DNA of 64,000 bases, from NCBI GenBank assembly GCA_000934665.2, contig KZ538517.1:62001-126000 (forward strand), in the 5' to 3' direction. The notes under the pieces are model-generated. The model ran no database searches. It saw only the letters and a program-made list of their open reading frames with translations, and was not told where the DNA came from. This DNA comes from Catajapyx aquilonaris. Lineage: Eukaryota. The position numbers and the translations under genes were made by a program. The first letter of the stretch is position 1. Every line of letters begins with the position of its first letter. Shown piece after piece: positions 36,689-49,474 of this stretch.

Positions 36689-37448
36689 CTTGGGGCCCTC
36701 TACGGCATGTATCCACAGTTGCCAGGTGGAAGGAGAGAGGGCGCGGGAGGCGGAAAATTACAGTAGCTGCTACTTGCTATGTAGTGGTCGTCACTCGTCA
36801 GTGAGAGATTTTGTGATAGTACTTTAATGTTTTAAAGTAATAATTAAAGTGAATGTGAGACAATTCTGTACAGCATGTGTATCTCAGGTCTAATGCAATT
36901 ACCCATGTTAATTCATGTCAAAACCATCGATTTTAGAGTGGAAATTACTATAGTACTGCACTGTACAATGTAATTTAATGTTATTCTAATTATTCATTAC
37001 ATACGTTAATTACACTGCATCAGATTTGCCATATTCATGAATCATTTAGATTTTAGNGCCGGCAGCGGAAGTGGCGCCATCTTGGGGCCCTCCACGGCAT
37101 GTATCCACAGTTGCCAGGTGGAAGGAGAGAGGGCGCGGGAGGCGGAAAATTACAGTAGTTGCTACTTGCTATGTAGTGGTCGTCACTCGTCAGTGACAGA
37201 TTTTGTGATAGTACTTTAATGTTTTAAAGTAATAATTAAAGTGAATGTGAGACAATTCTGTACAGCATGTGTATCTCAGGTCTAATGCAATTACCCATGT
37301 TAATTCATGTCAAAACCATCGATTTTAGAGTGGAAATTACTATAGTACTGCACTGTACAATGTAATTTAATGTTATTCTAATTATTCATTACATACGTTA
37401 ATTACACTGCATCAGATTTGCCATATTCATGAATCATTTAGATTTTAG
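36666..37448. repeat. 391-bp tandem duplication (36666-37056 and 37058-37448) split by one N; probably two haplotypes or a scaffold overlap
   Basis: Equal lengths, about 5 substitutions, N at 37057. Confidence 0.9.
36674..36692 (-). promoter_or_regulatory. YY1/TISU-like element (CAAGATGGCGCC) over the first ATG, next to an ETS-type CGGAAGT site; GC-rich 5' end of PREP
   Basis: 11 of 12 positions match the TISU consensus SAASATGGCGGC; CGGAAGT at 36674-36680 on the + strand. Confidence 0.55.
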
Positions 37449-38606
37449 AGAATCGACTGAGAACTATTAACAGGCCCACTGAGAATTTTAATACGATTGC
37501 AAGAGTATTTTGAAACCAATAGCTCCTGATGAAAATAACATACCTGTGCTAGTTTCATAAGCAACTGTCGGATCGAGTTATCTGTAATAAAACAACGGAA
37601 GGAAAAGGAAATTTCGATTCTTGCTTAATTTACTGCTGCATGTCTCACAAAGGTACGATTTACACACCAGTTGACAAAAAGGTCATTCCATGAATCGCTC
37701 CATGACGTAGCTGGAAAAGGGGGGTATCAAGAAACACATACATACTTGTCTTTTTCGTAACCATCAAGTGTTCCGTGTACAATACACCCTGTGAAAAAGT
37801 ACGAATGAAGGAACAACACCGAACTGCGTACGTCCCAGAAGGGTGTGCACTTGTGACCATGAAAAAAAAAAAGTCCACACAACACAGGGGCAGTAATTTC
37901 CTCCATGAACTAGAGAGATTCAGTCTTTAATAAATAAAACTATATGCCTATACCTATCAACTCTCCAACAGAAACCTGCAGCGCACGCTATTTTTCTTCC
38001 GCTTTTCATCCACGCAAGCCCTTTGACGTTCAAAATCTCTTTCGGCTGTCACGTCCTAACGTAGGACAGTCGACAGTGCCACACACCTCGCTGAAGTTTG
38101 TCATTTTATCACTTTGAATTTAGCATGCAAATCAGCGCCTTTGACGAATACGTTGGCACAAAGAGTAGCTTCAGTGTTACCTACCTCGACATTTCATCAA
38201 CATTCCTGGAAGCTGTACATAAATTGACATTATTTTAAATCTAACATCGCCCTTCCTCGAATTTCTAAACAAGCTGACAATGACATTTTTTTTATTCCGT
38301 CTCCCTTGAAATAATAGTAAAAAATCGAAGTAACTGCGAGTCTCTATGATTATTGGCAGTATAGGTGAGGAATCCCCTGTCGGCACGATATCTTCAGTCA
38401 TGACGTTGTAAAGAAGATTAGGCACGGAGGGGGGCGCTGCTGCTTTTGTGCTTCATTGACTTCAAAATAAGGCAAGGTTCGTCTTTATTAAGTGCCTAGC
38501 GTCTAAATCCAAGTTTTTTTTCCGGTTCGAATGTTAGGGAGGCGGTGTTGGCAGGTACCGCACTGCTGATTGTCGACTACATGCAAAAGTGTGCGCTCTA
38601 TTTGTC

Positions 38607-38695
38607 TCAGAGTTGTCCCCTTTGAGTCAAAAAACCTGCATGACGAGCCACATCCGGAACCCTCATGGATGAACGCTCCTCGGTAAATGACTTTT
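38607..38695 (-). CDS. PH-protein probable last coding exon (EKSFTEERSSMRVPDVARHAGFLTQRGQL*)
   Basis: atttttcag| acceptor, phase 1; AATAAA at 38489-38484 downstream. Confidence 0.55.
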
Positions 38696-40688
38696 CTGAA
38701 AAATGGAACAATATGTCAGATCATATTCTGCCAAGAGCACTTGAGCCGACTTCAGATAAACTGTAATCAGTCGACCTGTAATATAATTATCCAGCTGCAA
38801 CATATTTTGGAAAATGTAGGAAATGCCTTCAGCACATGCTTAGATAGCTATCAGAAATCTGTTCCGCCACTAGAAAGCAGGAATTACCCTGCAGATATGT
38901 GAAAGCAACAAAACTTAGTTGTAACATCCATCTGAAGTTGGCTCATACAAATAAACCGCCCTGGGCTCCAATAGAGCGTGAACTTACCTCTGTACCTGAG
39001 TAGAAGCGCAGCACTGCCCATGCTGGGGACTCTATCCAAGTGCGGAGCGTGACCCAGACTGTGACCAGCGGAGGACACCCTCATCCCTGTCACACCAACT
39101 ATGCCTCGGTGATTGTGGTTGTGGTTGTGGTTTTCCCCGTGGGAATTTGGCCGGACTCGCAGCGAAGACGCACTGCTCCGAAACGACAACGACGGCGTCA
39201 GGCTGTTTGACGTCGGGGTGCCTAGAGTAGTGAAGGACGTGCATGTCACGCCACAGGATTTAACAATTTTTGTCACACTGCCGCGCGGTGTAATTCCGCC
39301 AGCTCAGGAGTGATGAAGGACACTGCATGGCCACACTAAACCTTTGCATATTTTTGGCATTTCTCCCCCCATTGTCCCATCAGGGGCAATTGCCCAAGCT
39401 GTTACCCGCATCGCCACGCATCCGTACAATGGTGTCATGACCTCGTAGTTTTTCAACCCCCACCATGTTGGGATGCAACGAGCAGTGCATTTCCATGGTA
39501 ATAGTTACCCCTGGATTCGTGAGGCGTGTCTCCTCCGCTGTTTTCCGAGTGCCCCAATCGACTCGTGTTTCCAGAGCTGGCTGGAGAACTCGGAGGAGGC
39601 GTGTCCAGGTCTCCAGCACTCAGGTCGATGTCTGTCAGCACTGTCAGGGACAAAAAGAAAATAGGAGGAAGGAGGAAGATGGTGAAAAGACAGCCAGTTA
39701 GATCACGCAAGAAGAAATTCCGAGGATGTACTGTGTATAAAAGGAGGGAGTGTACGCTTGGTTGCTTATTCCTCCATTTCTTTGGATTTTTCGTGGCTTC
39801 TTCGAATCGCTTCTTTCCATGTACCATCCACCATCTTGATGGCCGATAAGGCAGACTTTCTCGCATGGATTGCTACCGTTTCTGCTTCCTTACCTTCCCC
39901 TGGAGGGCGGGATTTTCTTTTCCATTCTGCGGAATGGATTACTCAGAATGCGATTATCCTGGATCTCTTCCCTGCCCAATTTGAACCAGGAGCAATTTCG
40001 CGAGTGGTGTCAGAGTCCGCTACTTCTATTTTTTATTGCAAAGTATCATCCAGTGATGATATTTCCCATAAGGGGAATGAGCAAAAAATTAAACTTGCAG
40101 GCCATCTTCGCAAAAATGGGCTGCTACGAAACGCTGCACAGTACAAATTGTTCAAAAAGAATATCATGCTCTTCATTTCACTCGTGTAACAACAGATAGG
40201 TTCCCAATATAATGTTTACACATCAATACACTTTCCTGACTACCCGTTCCACTCGTCAAACTTCTGCTTGCCTTTCACTCTTAGTCCTCTCGTCTTCCCT
40301 TTTTTACCATCTATACGGTCAAGTGAGCTCCTGCGGAGTTCTGGTTCCTCTATCAGCTTCAAAGCTTCTACCCCTCTCCCCATTTCGCAAACCAGAAGAT
40401 TGTGTGCAGAGGATTGGAAAAGTTCACAACCAGCGAATTTTTTCTCTCTCTCTACCTTTGCCTTTCGTCCAGTTCTTGTTCAGTACGCCACAATGATTCC
40501 CCTTCCCGACCCAGCTATCCCAGGAAATAATAGAATCCTTCGAAGCCAGGGAATAATTTGACATTCAAATTCAGTCTGAGTCCGGATGCGGAGGGTTTGT
40601 TCCATCAGCACTTGGTACCAAGCGCATATTATCCAGCAGGGACCACTTTTCTACCAGATGAGCTATTAACCAGGTTCTTTCATATTCC

Positions 40689-40739
<51 letters not shown>

Positions 40740-41436
40740 TAATAATAATAATAATAATAATCCATAAAAGGGGCGGTATTTCAAACAAAATTAAAGCAGC
40801 CAGATGTTACTTCAATTAATATTTCATCATTTGCATCATCACTCCTGCTGCATACTTTTGCTCATTTTGGGTGGAGATCATTATAACCAGCAGAATCTGC
40901 TGCATTTTCCATACCGTCTCGCTTTATAATCCCTGAGAGCGGGCAGAGAAGAAAATCATGGTGCTATTGACCAGTGCGGGGTTACTCTTATCTGCCGCCC
41001 ATTCCCCGAAACTGCACAAATTCTTTGAAGTATTCATAACTTAGTTATGATCTGATAGTTAACTTCATTAACCTCTGGCTTTAACGGTATAATCGCACAC
41101 CGGTATTCAAGCTCGCTAAATGTGCAATCTTTCAATATGGTGCTTCGATAAAACCAGTCCATTCATACGATTACGTGCGGCTTATCACCTGCTTTGTCAT
41201 ATCAGCAGTGCGATCATATACACAAATTACTGCAACCCTTTCAAACCGAACTATTAATTTGGTGGAAAGCGTCCATCGCAATGAAAATCATATAAAAAGC
41301 TTATTTAGAGGAGGCGAGTGATAATGAACTGCTAACCAGAGAGTTCATCCTGCAATGTATGCAACATTGGCTATTCCTGCTCACCGGGGAATCACTATCA
41401 CAGGATACTGCACTATTGTAGCCTGCGTGGGATGCC

Positions 41437-41514
<78 letters not shown>

Positions 41515-44500
41515 GAAAGCAAACATCAGGATTTACCATCTGCCTTTGCATACCTGTAGTGTAATGAAATTTTAATAGGCTGGAGGCTACTCTAAAGCTA
41601 CAGTTTCATGAACAGTACAATAATGCATTAGCCAACTTTTAGTTTAACATTCACCATATTTTCATTGCGTCTATTGCAACATCTAAAACTTACATTTATC
41701 CTCAATAAAACTGATGCCACTGTGTTCGACATACTGGAAAAGCCCTCAAGTTACTACGACTTTGTACGCACTCACTCATTAGCCACTCTGGCAGTAAAAT
41801 TTGTCAGACCAGGTTTTCCTCAAAATTAAACATTGCCAAGTATATCCTACTACAGAGTACAGACCGGACAACCTTGGCCAAATATACACATAACATAAAA
41901 TTATGCGGACCGTAACAGTGCACTTGGTGGTCTCAGCCCACAATGGCATAGTTGTAACGCCTTTCTCCACTGTAAAATGCATTTTTAATTTCAGAAAACC
42001 ATCTCGACAGGCTCGACCTTAATTCTAAAATAGAACCATGGTTAAGGACAAAACCGCCTCCTTTCTTTACAACTCCGCAAAAAAATTCTTTCAAGTACCT
42101 CACCTCCTTCCGAAATAGCCTCCGGCTCTAGGTGATAATGCCAAAATCAATCCTATTATATCAACCAGGATGCACCCGCCAATCACAGCTGACGTAACTT
42201 GCGCTTTGCACATCCAGCAGAGATTGTGTTTCTGAGGGCTTCTCTTCCGACGGGACATTTCACTCAAATTTTATCGTTTTATGCCGCTGAGGCACAAACC
42301 TGCCTATCACAACGGACATCTCAGATTTTTCCGCTGCGTCACTGCGCCGGAGCCAAGCGCAAATCCTGATAAAACACCGCCAGTGAAATATGGAATCAAC
42401 CTTGAACCCAAGTTTTTAACTGAGAACTCCAGCTAACGGTACTGCCAGAGGATCGCAAATTGCAAAAAACCGGCACTTCCGCTGGAGTAACGCCCAATAA
42501 AGCTCAGAATCTTCATAATTCTCGACAGACATTCCTTCAGTTTGGCAAGTGACGCCGTGAGAAGAGATCGTAAAACAGAGACAGAAAACACTTGGTGCAA
42601 TCGGGAGAAAGGGGCAATAAACAATGCAGGAGGCGCCGTCTAAGGGCAGCAGAGAAAGAAATGATGGGAATTGGTCCAAAGACATCATCTGCCACCAAGC
42701 AAAGAGCGAGTGGATCCTGATGCTTAAAGCCCCAGCCAACACGTCCTGGTCATCATTGGTATCCCCAGCAACCTCCCGGTTTGCGACAATAGTCCTCCGA
42801 GGGCATTCCGTCCCCAGAAGATGGCCCGCCAGAGGGGAGTTAAAAGGCATTCAAATCAGGGTTTTATTAGCCCCACGGAACGATAAACGACTCCTTCTAC
42901 ACGTCTTCCAACCCTCTAAATGACAGCTCGCACGAGTTACAGCAGCCAAATCCCCAAACATATAAGGAAGTGGGAATGCCTTTTCTCAAGAGGAGGCCGA
43001 CCTTAATGAAAAACTTGGCAGGAGTTGACACGATCCACTAGTGCCTTGGGGGGTCTTCTTTTCTAGCAGCCAAGACGTTCTATAGAAAAATGCAATAGCT
43101 TGTGATGTACTGAATATATGTTCTTCTTTTGTCAGAATATGATGAATTTCCCCGCAGCTTCATCTCATCTTGGAAGCCAAAGGTAGTGGACATGATCAAT
43201 AACTCATCATATCGTTCAAGTTTTAACAACTTAACTTCAGTGTCCTATCACGTAACTCGGCTTATCCCACTCGCGTATAGCAACTTGCCGTAGTACCTCT
43301 TCCGCTGCTCCTCATCAACTTTCAGAGTTACCTTCCTATACCTTGGCGAAAGCATCTTTCATCCTATATGCAACTTTTCCCGCATCTATACCATCCTCTC
43401 GTGGACTATATACTTCTCCCAGCTACATCATTGGCGCTTCTCGTTTACTGACCTTTGATGGAACACCGCCTTGCACAATTCCCAGATAGGCTTCGTTTTC
43501 TTCTGAGAACAGCAGCTGCTGTTTCATTTAACCAAGAATCGCCCTTCGGAAAACCGACCTTAGCCACTTCAGAAAATATCTATACACCACTATACTCTTT
43601 CTCTTTAGATAATAAAGATTCCTGCCCTACTTCCAACTATATAGAAACTGCAGCCTAAAACTGAACGCATGCGTTTTCTCAAAAGAATCGAAATGAATCT
43701 CTAAGCAAGTAATTCCGTTAAGAGTCTTTTTCCCAGCAATGCACTCTTGAATATTACAAGATGGTATAAATCGGCCCAAGCTGCTTAACAAAGTGCACTG
43801 CTGAACTGCCTCTGCGTTCCAGCCAGAAAGGGCAAAGAACTGCTCTATACTCCCATTATTGTTACATGCAGCAGAGTGTGTTGAATCTGTAAGTTTTATA
43901 CCTATGATCATTACCTCTTGCTATATGATCAGTTCCAACAGTAACGTTTATGTTAGTTAATAAACCAAAAGCCCAGTTTGGCTACTGCACAACATTGAAA
44001 CCACCGCATTGTACATCGAATTTCCCTGCAACTCGCCATTTCCGCAACAGCTATATAGTCCCACCATCCAGAAAGTTTGTCCAATAATGATCCCGATTTC
44101 AACTCCTCAATTACCGCGCGTGATATTCAGGGCACATCAATAAGTGATTGTGCGAATATGAATGGCTATAGCGCCAAGTGGATCGAGATGAGAGTGAGAT
44201 CGAGTCTCCATTAACTTCGACGTTCCCGAGCAGACGACCGCAGGATCTAATTAATCCGTGTTCACACAAAAGCCTCAATATTCATAGAGAAACCTCACCG
44301 ATGGCCAGGGATGATCTAGGACCAAGACCAAAATATAAAATGTCCAACAGGAGGTGGAAATGCTGGTCTTGATTCGTGGACCAGTCAGGTATTGTGTCCC
44401 GATCGATCTCTTCGAAGAGTTGGGGAGGAAAATCGGACAAAAGCATCCATATAGCTGCTATATGTAATAGGACGGAGACGCCGTTACGGGACCAGAATTG

Positions 44501-47500
44501 TGGCAGAAATACCGCTTTCTACCATATGTCACCACCCATATATCTCTCATCTTGGAACTTATTGAATCGTGTTCGTATATGATTGGGGTCAATCAGGTGC
44601 ACAATCGATAAGCCTCCGATCCCCTCTGCGTGTAAAACCTTCCCCATAGCGTGACCGGTTAACTAGAGCAATATTTCGCACCGGACGATCATTTCAGTCA
44701 CGGTAGCCCAGGCGCTATCACCCAATAAACGATTAAACATGTGCGAATTATGCAGATTTTACAGCACGCGCTTGATTACTGCCAATGCTAATTTGACTAC
44801 TCGAAGTGAATTAGTAGATGCGTTTGCACCGGCAGCAAGAATTCTCCTGGTAACATTTTTGGGTGGGTACAGCCTGCTGTGTGCTTTCGGTTCCACAGGG
44901 CTATATAGGCCCACCAGGCAGGAAACGTAGAACGAAGTTATATGCCCCGTGTATCGATCCGAATTATCCCATCGGATACATACGACACCGCAACAGAGCG
45001 TAAGAGTGCGCTCCAATGGCACAAAATAAATCCAAACAAACAGCGTGCACTCCCATACTAATGTAGTGTACTCACGTGAGTATCGGTGGTACCTCCTGGA
45101 GTCTGATGGTGGAGTGTCTTGATTGATAGAGCTCCATTGCCGTCGGAGTGGTACGGCCGAAGCGACGCTGACGGTGGATCCGGTGGGGGTTGGACAAGGA
45201 AGCCATGGAGGTTCTGACATCAAAGACTGACCTAAGGGCAGGGTGCATGGTAGACGACGGTGTCGAGACGACGGAGGCGGTGGAGGTGGTGGTATCGGCG
45301 GTCCTCTCCTGGGGGCAGTCACTAGCCACTCCACAAATCCGGCCCCATCCACAATCGTGCTCTTGGACCACAGCTCGTGGGCATGTCGAAGTGCCCTCCG
45401 TCTCTCTTTACTAGCACCCATACACTCCTGGAATCCAGCCGAATTAACCTCTCTCCCTATTAACCCAAATGAACTCCTCCTTACCATTAGAAGGCGGTAC
45501 CATTCCCTGATATCTTCTCTGGACTTGAGTAAAATCCGACCTTCCCTCGGAAGTTGCAAAGCCACCAGACTTTGGCCCGGCTCTCTTCTGTCGACCCATT
45601 CGATTGATTCCACATCCACCAGCTTAATCTGGAGCGAAGGATCCAAAGTGTGAAACCCTCTTTAATAGTCGCCACTAATGGTTCGTCGCGTCTACAACCC
45701 AGTCAACATCATGGAAATACCCCCATCGGGCGTTTAAAAAAAAACAGAGAGTTTATTGTGTAATTATAACCGCGTTTGTAGCCCATCAAGCCTCATTGGA
45801 AGTATGGGAAACTCTCCATAAACCGAATTCCCAGCCCCAGGCCGAATTATGTGGGAAATTGGATTCATCTTAAATTTCATAGTTAAAAAATTATAAAAGC
45901 GCGATCGAAAAGCAGCTTGCGTTCATCTGCATCAGCAAGTGGATACGTCATTACGCAACTGAGAGGATACACCGATGTTTTTTTTTTTTAATTCTCTCTC
46001 CAATCCCCCCCACCCAGCCCACTTCCAGGCTACGCTTTGCATAATGAACCCGAGCGGTGACGAGCATCACTCTGCACCCAAGCCGTAATTAACGAAGCTG
46101 ATGAAAATACAAATCTGTATAAGGTCGGGCACATAATAAAAGGGGGGGAACGGGGTTAGGTTTGCCTTCCCACTTTGTCCCCGCACCAATTCGGATCCCA
46201 AATAAGATTCAAACTAGTACTTTCCCACCTAGCAAATTACACCTCTTTCAACACCACCAGTCTCGCGTTTCAAAGGAGATTGGTAATCCACTAAGGTCTA
46301 CCGGAGGGAGATGTTCCGCCAAGCCTGAATTGGAAGTCCCTGCAAACCATTCGCAAGTGGTAATACACCGCGCAAAAATTAATTGGAGTACCAACACCTT
46401 TGTAAGCCTCTTAGCGGGCAAACTTCGCTCATTAATACCCACTTGTACCTTTTTTTTGTTTGAAAAATGTTCCCTTGAAAATAAGCGGGGGTCCGCTTTT
46501 AATTGAGTACGGCGGGTTGGCAGAAAGGGGACACCCTCCCCTGGTGTTTAGCATAGGCGCCATTCATTTTCCTTTCAAATGAGGGGTTGAGAAAGCACCC
46601 GATTTTGGCTGCTACTTCCTCCAATCAGGGACCGGCTTGTATTCCCATCACGGACAGGGTCTATCGGTGCTTAGGGATATAGATTTGTCCTGCAATCAAT
46701 AGCCCCATGTGCACGTGTGTAACCTACCTTGAAGATGAAGTCGCCCATATCAGAGATGTGGGATGCTGAGGCTCTCTTGAAGCAGTGCAGATAATCGGGT
46801 GTGAGGATAAAGAATCTTTCCTTCCATCTGGAGAAAAGCCGATCTCTTTGCTGGCACAAGACCCCTTTCTTGATCGCAGAACTTGCAGGAGACCCACCAC
46901 CATCCTGCAGATGAAAAGTACAAAAAAAAATCATATTGAACTTTTTTTTTATCTAACTCTGTGGTTCAGCCTCCCCGAACAAGCCAGCTTATCTAAAATT
47001 AATTGCCAAGCATCACACTTTCTGCCAGGTCCAGTAATATGACAGTTGCGGTTCTGTGAAATATGTCACTAGACTCTGAGGGACTGCGGTAACTAGATTA
47101 GGTTTGGCTCGACGCATGCGTCAAGTTGAGCCCATGTAGCAAGTTTGGATCTCATAAAAAAAAGGTCAAAATATTTTTTTCACGCTCATTTAAGTACAAA
47201 CTGTCCATAAAGAGTGGCGTGTTTTAAAAGGGACATTTGACATGTAACCCCTTGCTAATGGCATTATGATCGATTATTTGCAATGAAATAAAAAAATAAA
47301 ACCGGGTGTCCTTTGTCCCCATTCTAAGGAGAAAGAGGGACAGGGGACTTGCCTCCAACTTATTATTGGCGAACACGCTTGAGGAGGAGAAAAGTCTTGA
47401 GTTTAGAGGGGGCTTTTTCAAGTCCTAATTGTTCCCGGGAGATAGAGAAAACGACGGAGGCAGAAAAAGCAACCCGAGAAAGAGAGATAAGTGACGAAGG

Positions 47501-49474
47501 AGACCGTCGTCATCCTTCCCTGCAACGCTCCAAGGGTTTTCTTTCTTTCTTTTTTTTTTAAACTCCTTCACGACAAAGTTCGTTTCCTAAGTAAAACGAT
47601 CCGAGGCCAATATCTCCAAGACAAAGGAAATCCTGAGTTTTCCTACCAATATCCACGTTTATGGTGGGGTGGGTGGGCCAAAGTTGCCCAAGTTGTTCAA
47701 ACCCAATGGAAATGACTGCGTAGCACGCTAGTAATTGATGGTATAAACGAGGGGAGCTTCAACCTACGCGGATCCAATTGGAAAGGAAATGGATGAAAAT
47801 GAATTGTTGCAGTCATCAGGAATTTCAGCACCATTAACTACAATGTCCGTAAATCTATTAGCCCTACTCGGATGTCAGCCTTGGAAGTAGAAGAATTTTA
47901 GGGGGAGAGGAGCAATATTGTTGGCCAATAACAAAATTGTACAGGACTAAAGCATGTTAAATTTTAACAGTCAAATGTCCTGGTTCACATCGGTAAATAA
48001 AAAATTCATGTAAATGTACAATATTAAATCGTATTTTGGTAGGACCATACCCGATAATGAAGGTACACTCTCCCTAATCTTAATTGCGCCCCCCTTCCAG
48101 GTTGCAAGCCTGTTTAACTATATATCCGATTAGCCCATTCGCGGTTTTAGAACATGGTTGCCGCTGCGCTCTGTTTGTCACAAGCGTGTGATAATTTCCC
48201 TCGAGGCAACACCATGGATGGGGCATTACGCTAATTAACCGGTTCTGCGTATTGACATTCACACTTCCAAATTGGATGGCGCTTCTCGGGTTACGCAATT
48301 ACAAGGATTTTTTTTTCAAACAAAAATCCACAACCCCCTGTGTGATGGATGTCAGATGGTGTCATTCGGTAACCTTGAAGACGTACAGTACATACACCTT
48401 CCGGCACATTGATAGTGGAAAGTCACACCCCAGGCATTTATTACCAACCACCCAACCCTCCTGATGTGAATCAAACTTTCCCTCGTCCGTGAGAACTATC
48501 TGAAGGTAACTCCCTTCATAAAGAATGTTATTGTGCTATTGGTATGGGAGTTGTTATCCAATATACCCAAACATTTCCCTGCCAGAATGACCCACATAAA
48601 CAAACAGGGAGAGGGAGATTTTGGACAAGCTCCAACTAAATCCAGGGGTGAGGACCTCAACAGGTGGGGCAGAAAGATCCAAATCCAATATGGTTCCCTT
48701 TACCCAGTTTATTTGACGTTTCTAGGTTTGCTAAGGACGATGGCAGGAAATGATCTTGGGAGGACGACGGGCACATTGCATGGAAGTTGGATGGCAGGGA
48801 AGTACACTGCTAAGACTTGAATATTTTCCTTGCTTCGTGAGGGTTGAATGTTTGAACAATGCTGGTGATTGCCGGATAACTTGTGTTTACTGACATCCTG
48901 ACCTGAAACTACCTTGGAAGGAATTTGCACCTACGTATACCAGGCCTCAGGGCAAGCATGGCCTCACGGACCGTCACGGACACCATCAGTCAATACAAAC
49001 ATCACAAGGACCATCTCTTACCAACTTACGCACGCTTTCTAAACAACTAACTTGGTATGCCAGAAGTAAGAGTCAGAATGGAAAAAAATAACGCCAAATA
49101 CTTATAGAACACACATCATTTTATGCTCATTTGAATCACCCTACCTTGAGAGCCGCGTCCAAAGCCATCTTCCGTATTGGAAGACTAGCACCACAGGGCA
49201 GGTTGAGACCATTGGGTCTGGCACTGTTAGGTCTGGCTCCATGCGGCGCCATCGGAGACACAACAAAAGGAACCAGAGAGGGACCCAGCATGGACTGAGT
49301 TCTTCTGACAGCACCAGGCGTGGTGGGCCCTCCTCCAATGCTGGTGTTGGTGCTGGTACTGGTACTGGTGCCACCACTGCTGCTACTGGTGGAACCCACC
49401 CCAGTATGATGGTGGTGATTGCTGTTGTTGTGGTGGTGGTGGTGGTTGTGGTGGTTGTGCTGCTGGACCAACAT
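38607..49474 (-). CDS. Uncharacterised PH-domain protein, about 485 aa. join(49474-49145, 46904-46728, 45628-45485, 45427-45076, 39640-39509, 39221-38988, 38695-38607)
   Basis: PH signature IKKGVLCQQRDRLFSRWKERFFILTPDYLHCFK...IREWYRLL; phase-compatible GT-AG junctions (0,0,0,1,1,1). The start codon and last exons are less certain. Confidence 0.8.
38988..39221 (-). CDS. PH-protein exon (GTPTSNSLTPSLSFRSS...HNHNHNH...LRYR)
   Basis: ctctag| acceptor, G|gtaagt donor, phase 1/1. Confidence 0.7.
39509..39640 (-). CDS. PH-protein exon (LLTDIDLSAGDLDTPPP...)
   Basis: Long polypyrimidine tract ending ctgacag|, phase 1/1. Confidence 0.7.
40689..40761. repeat. (AAT)n microsatellite with one interruption
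   Basis: Direct reading. Confidence 0.97.
41437..41510. repeat. (AAT)n microsatellite
   Basis: Direct reading. Confidence 0.97.
45076..45427 (-). CDS. PH-protein exon (ECMGASKERRRALR... poly-Pro ...RYS)
   Basis: ttccag|GAG ... C|gtgagt. Confidence 0.82.
45485..45628 (-). CDS. PH-protein exon, C-terminal half of the PH domain with the conserved Trp helix
   Basis: ccag|ATT ... ATG|gtaagg. Confidence 0.88.
46728..46904 (-). CDS. PH-protein exon, N-terminal half of the PH domain
   Basis: ctgcag|GAT ... AAG|gtaggt; KKG.L...WKERFF.L motif. Confidence 0.9.
49145..49474 (-). CDS. PH-protein first coding exon (His-rich, Ser/Thr/Gly-rich)
   Basis: GCCATG start, in-frame stops upstream, donor AAG|gtaggg. 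Confidence 0.7.

Noticed and set aside
40558..41522. Poly-Ile, poly-Leu, poly-Asn and poly-Tyr ORFs
   Set aside because: Translations of (AAT)n microsatellites.
43230..43650. Possible decayed RTE-type LINE fragment on the minus strand
   Set aside because: Similarity too weak to support without a search.
44759..45646. 295-aa ORF as a single-exon gene
   Set aside because: It is two PH-gene exons plus read-through of introns; clear internal splice sites.
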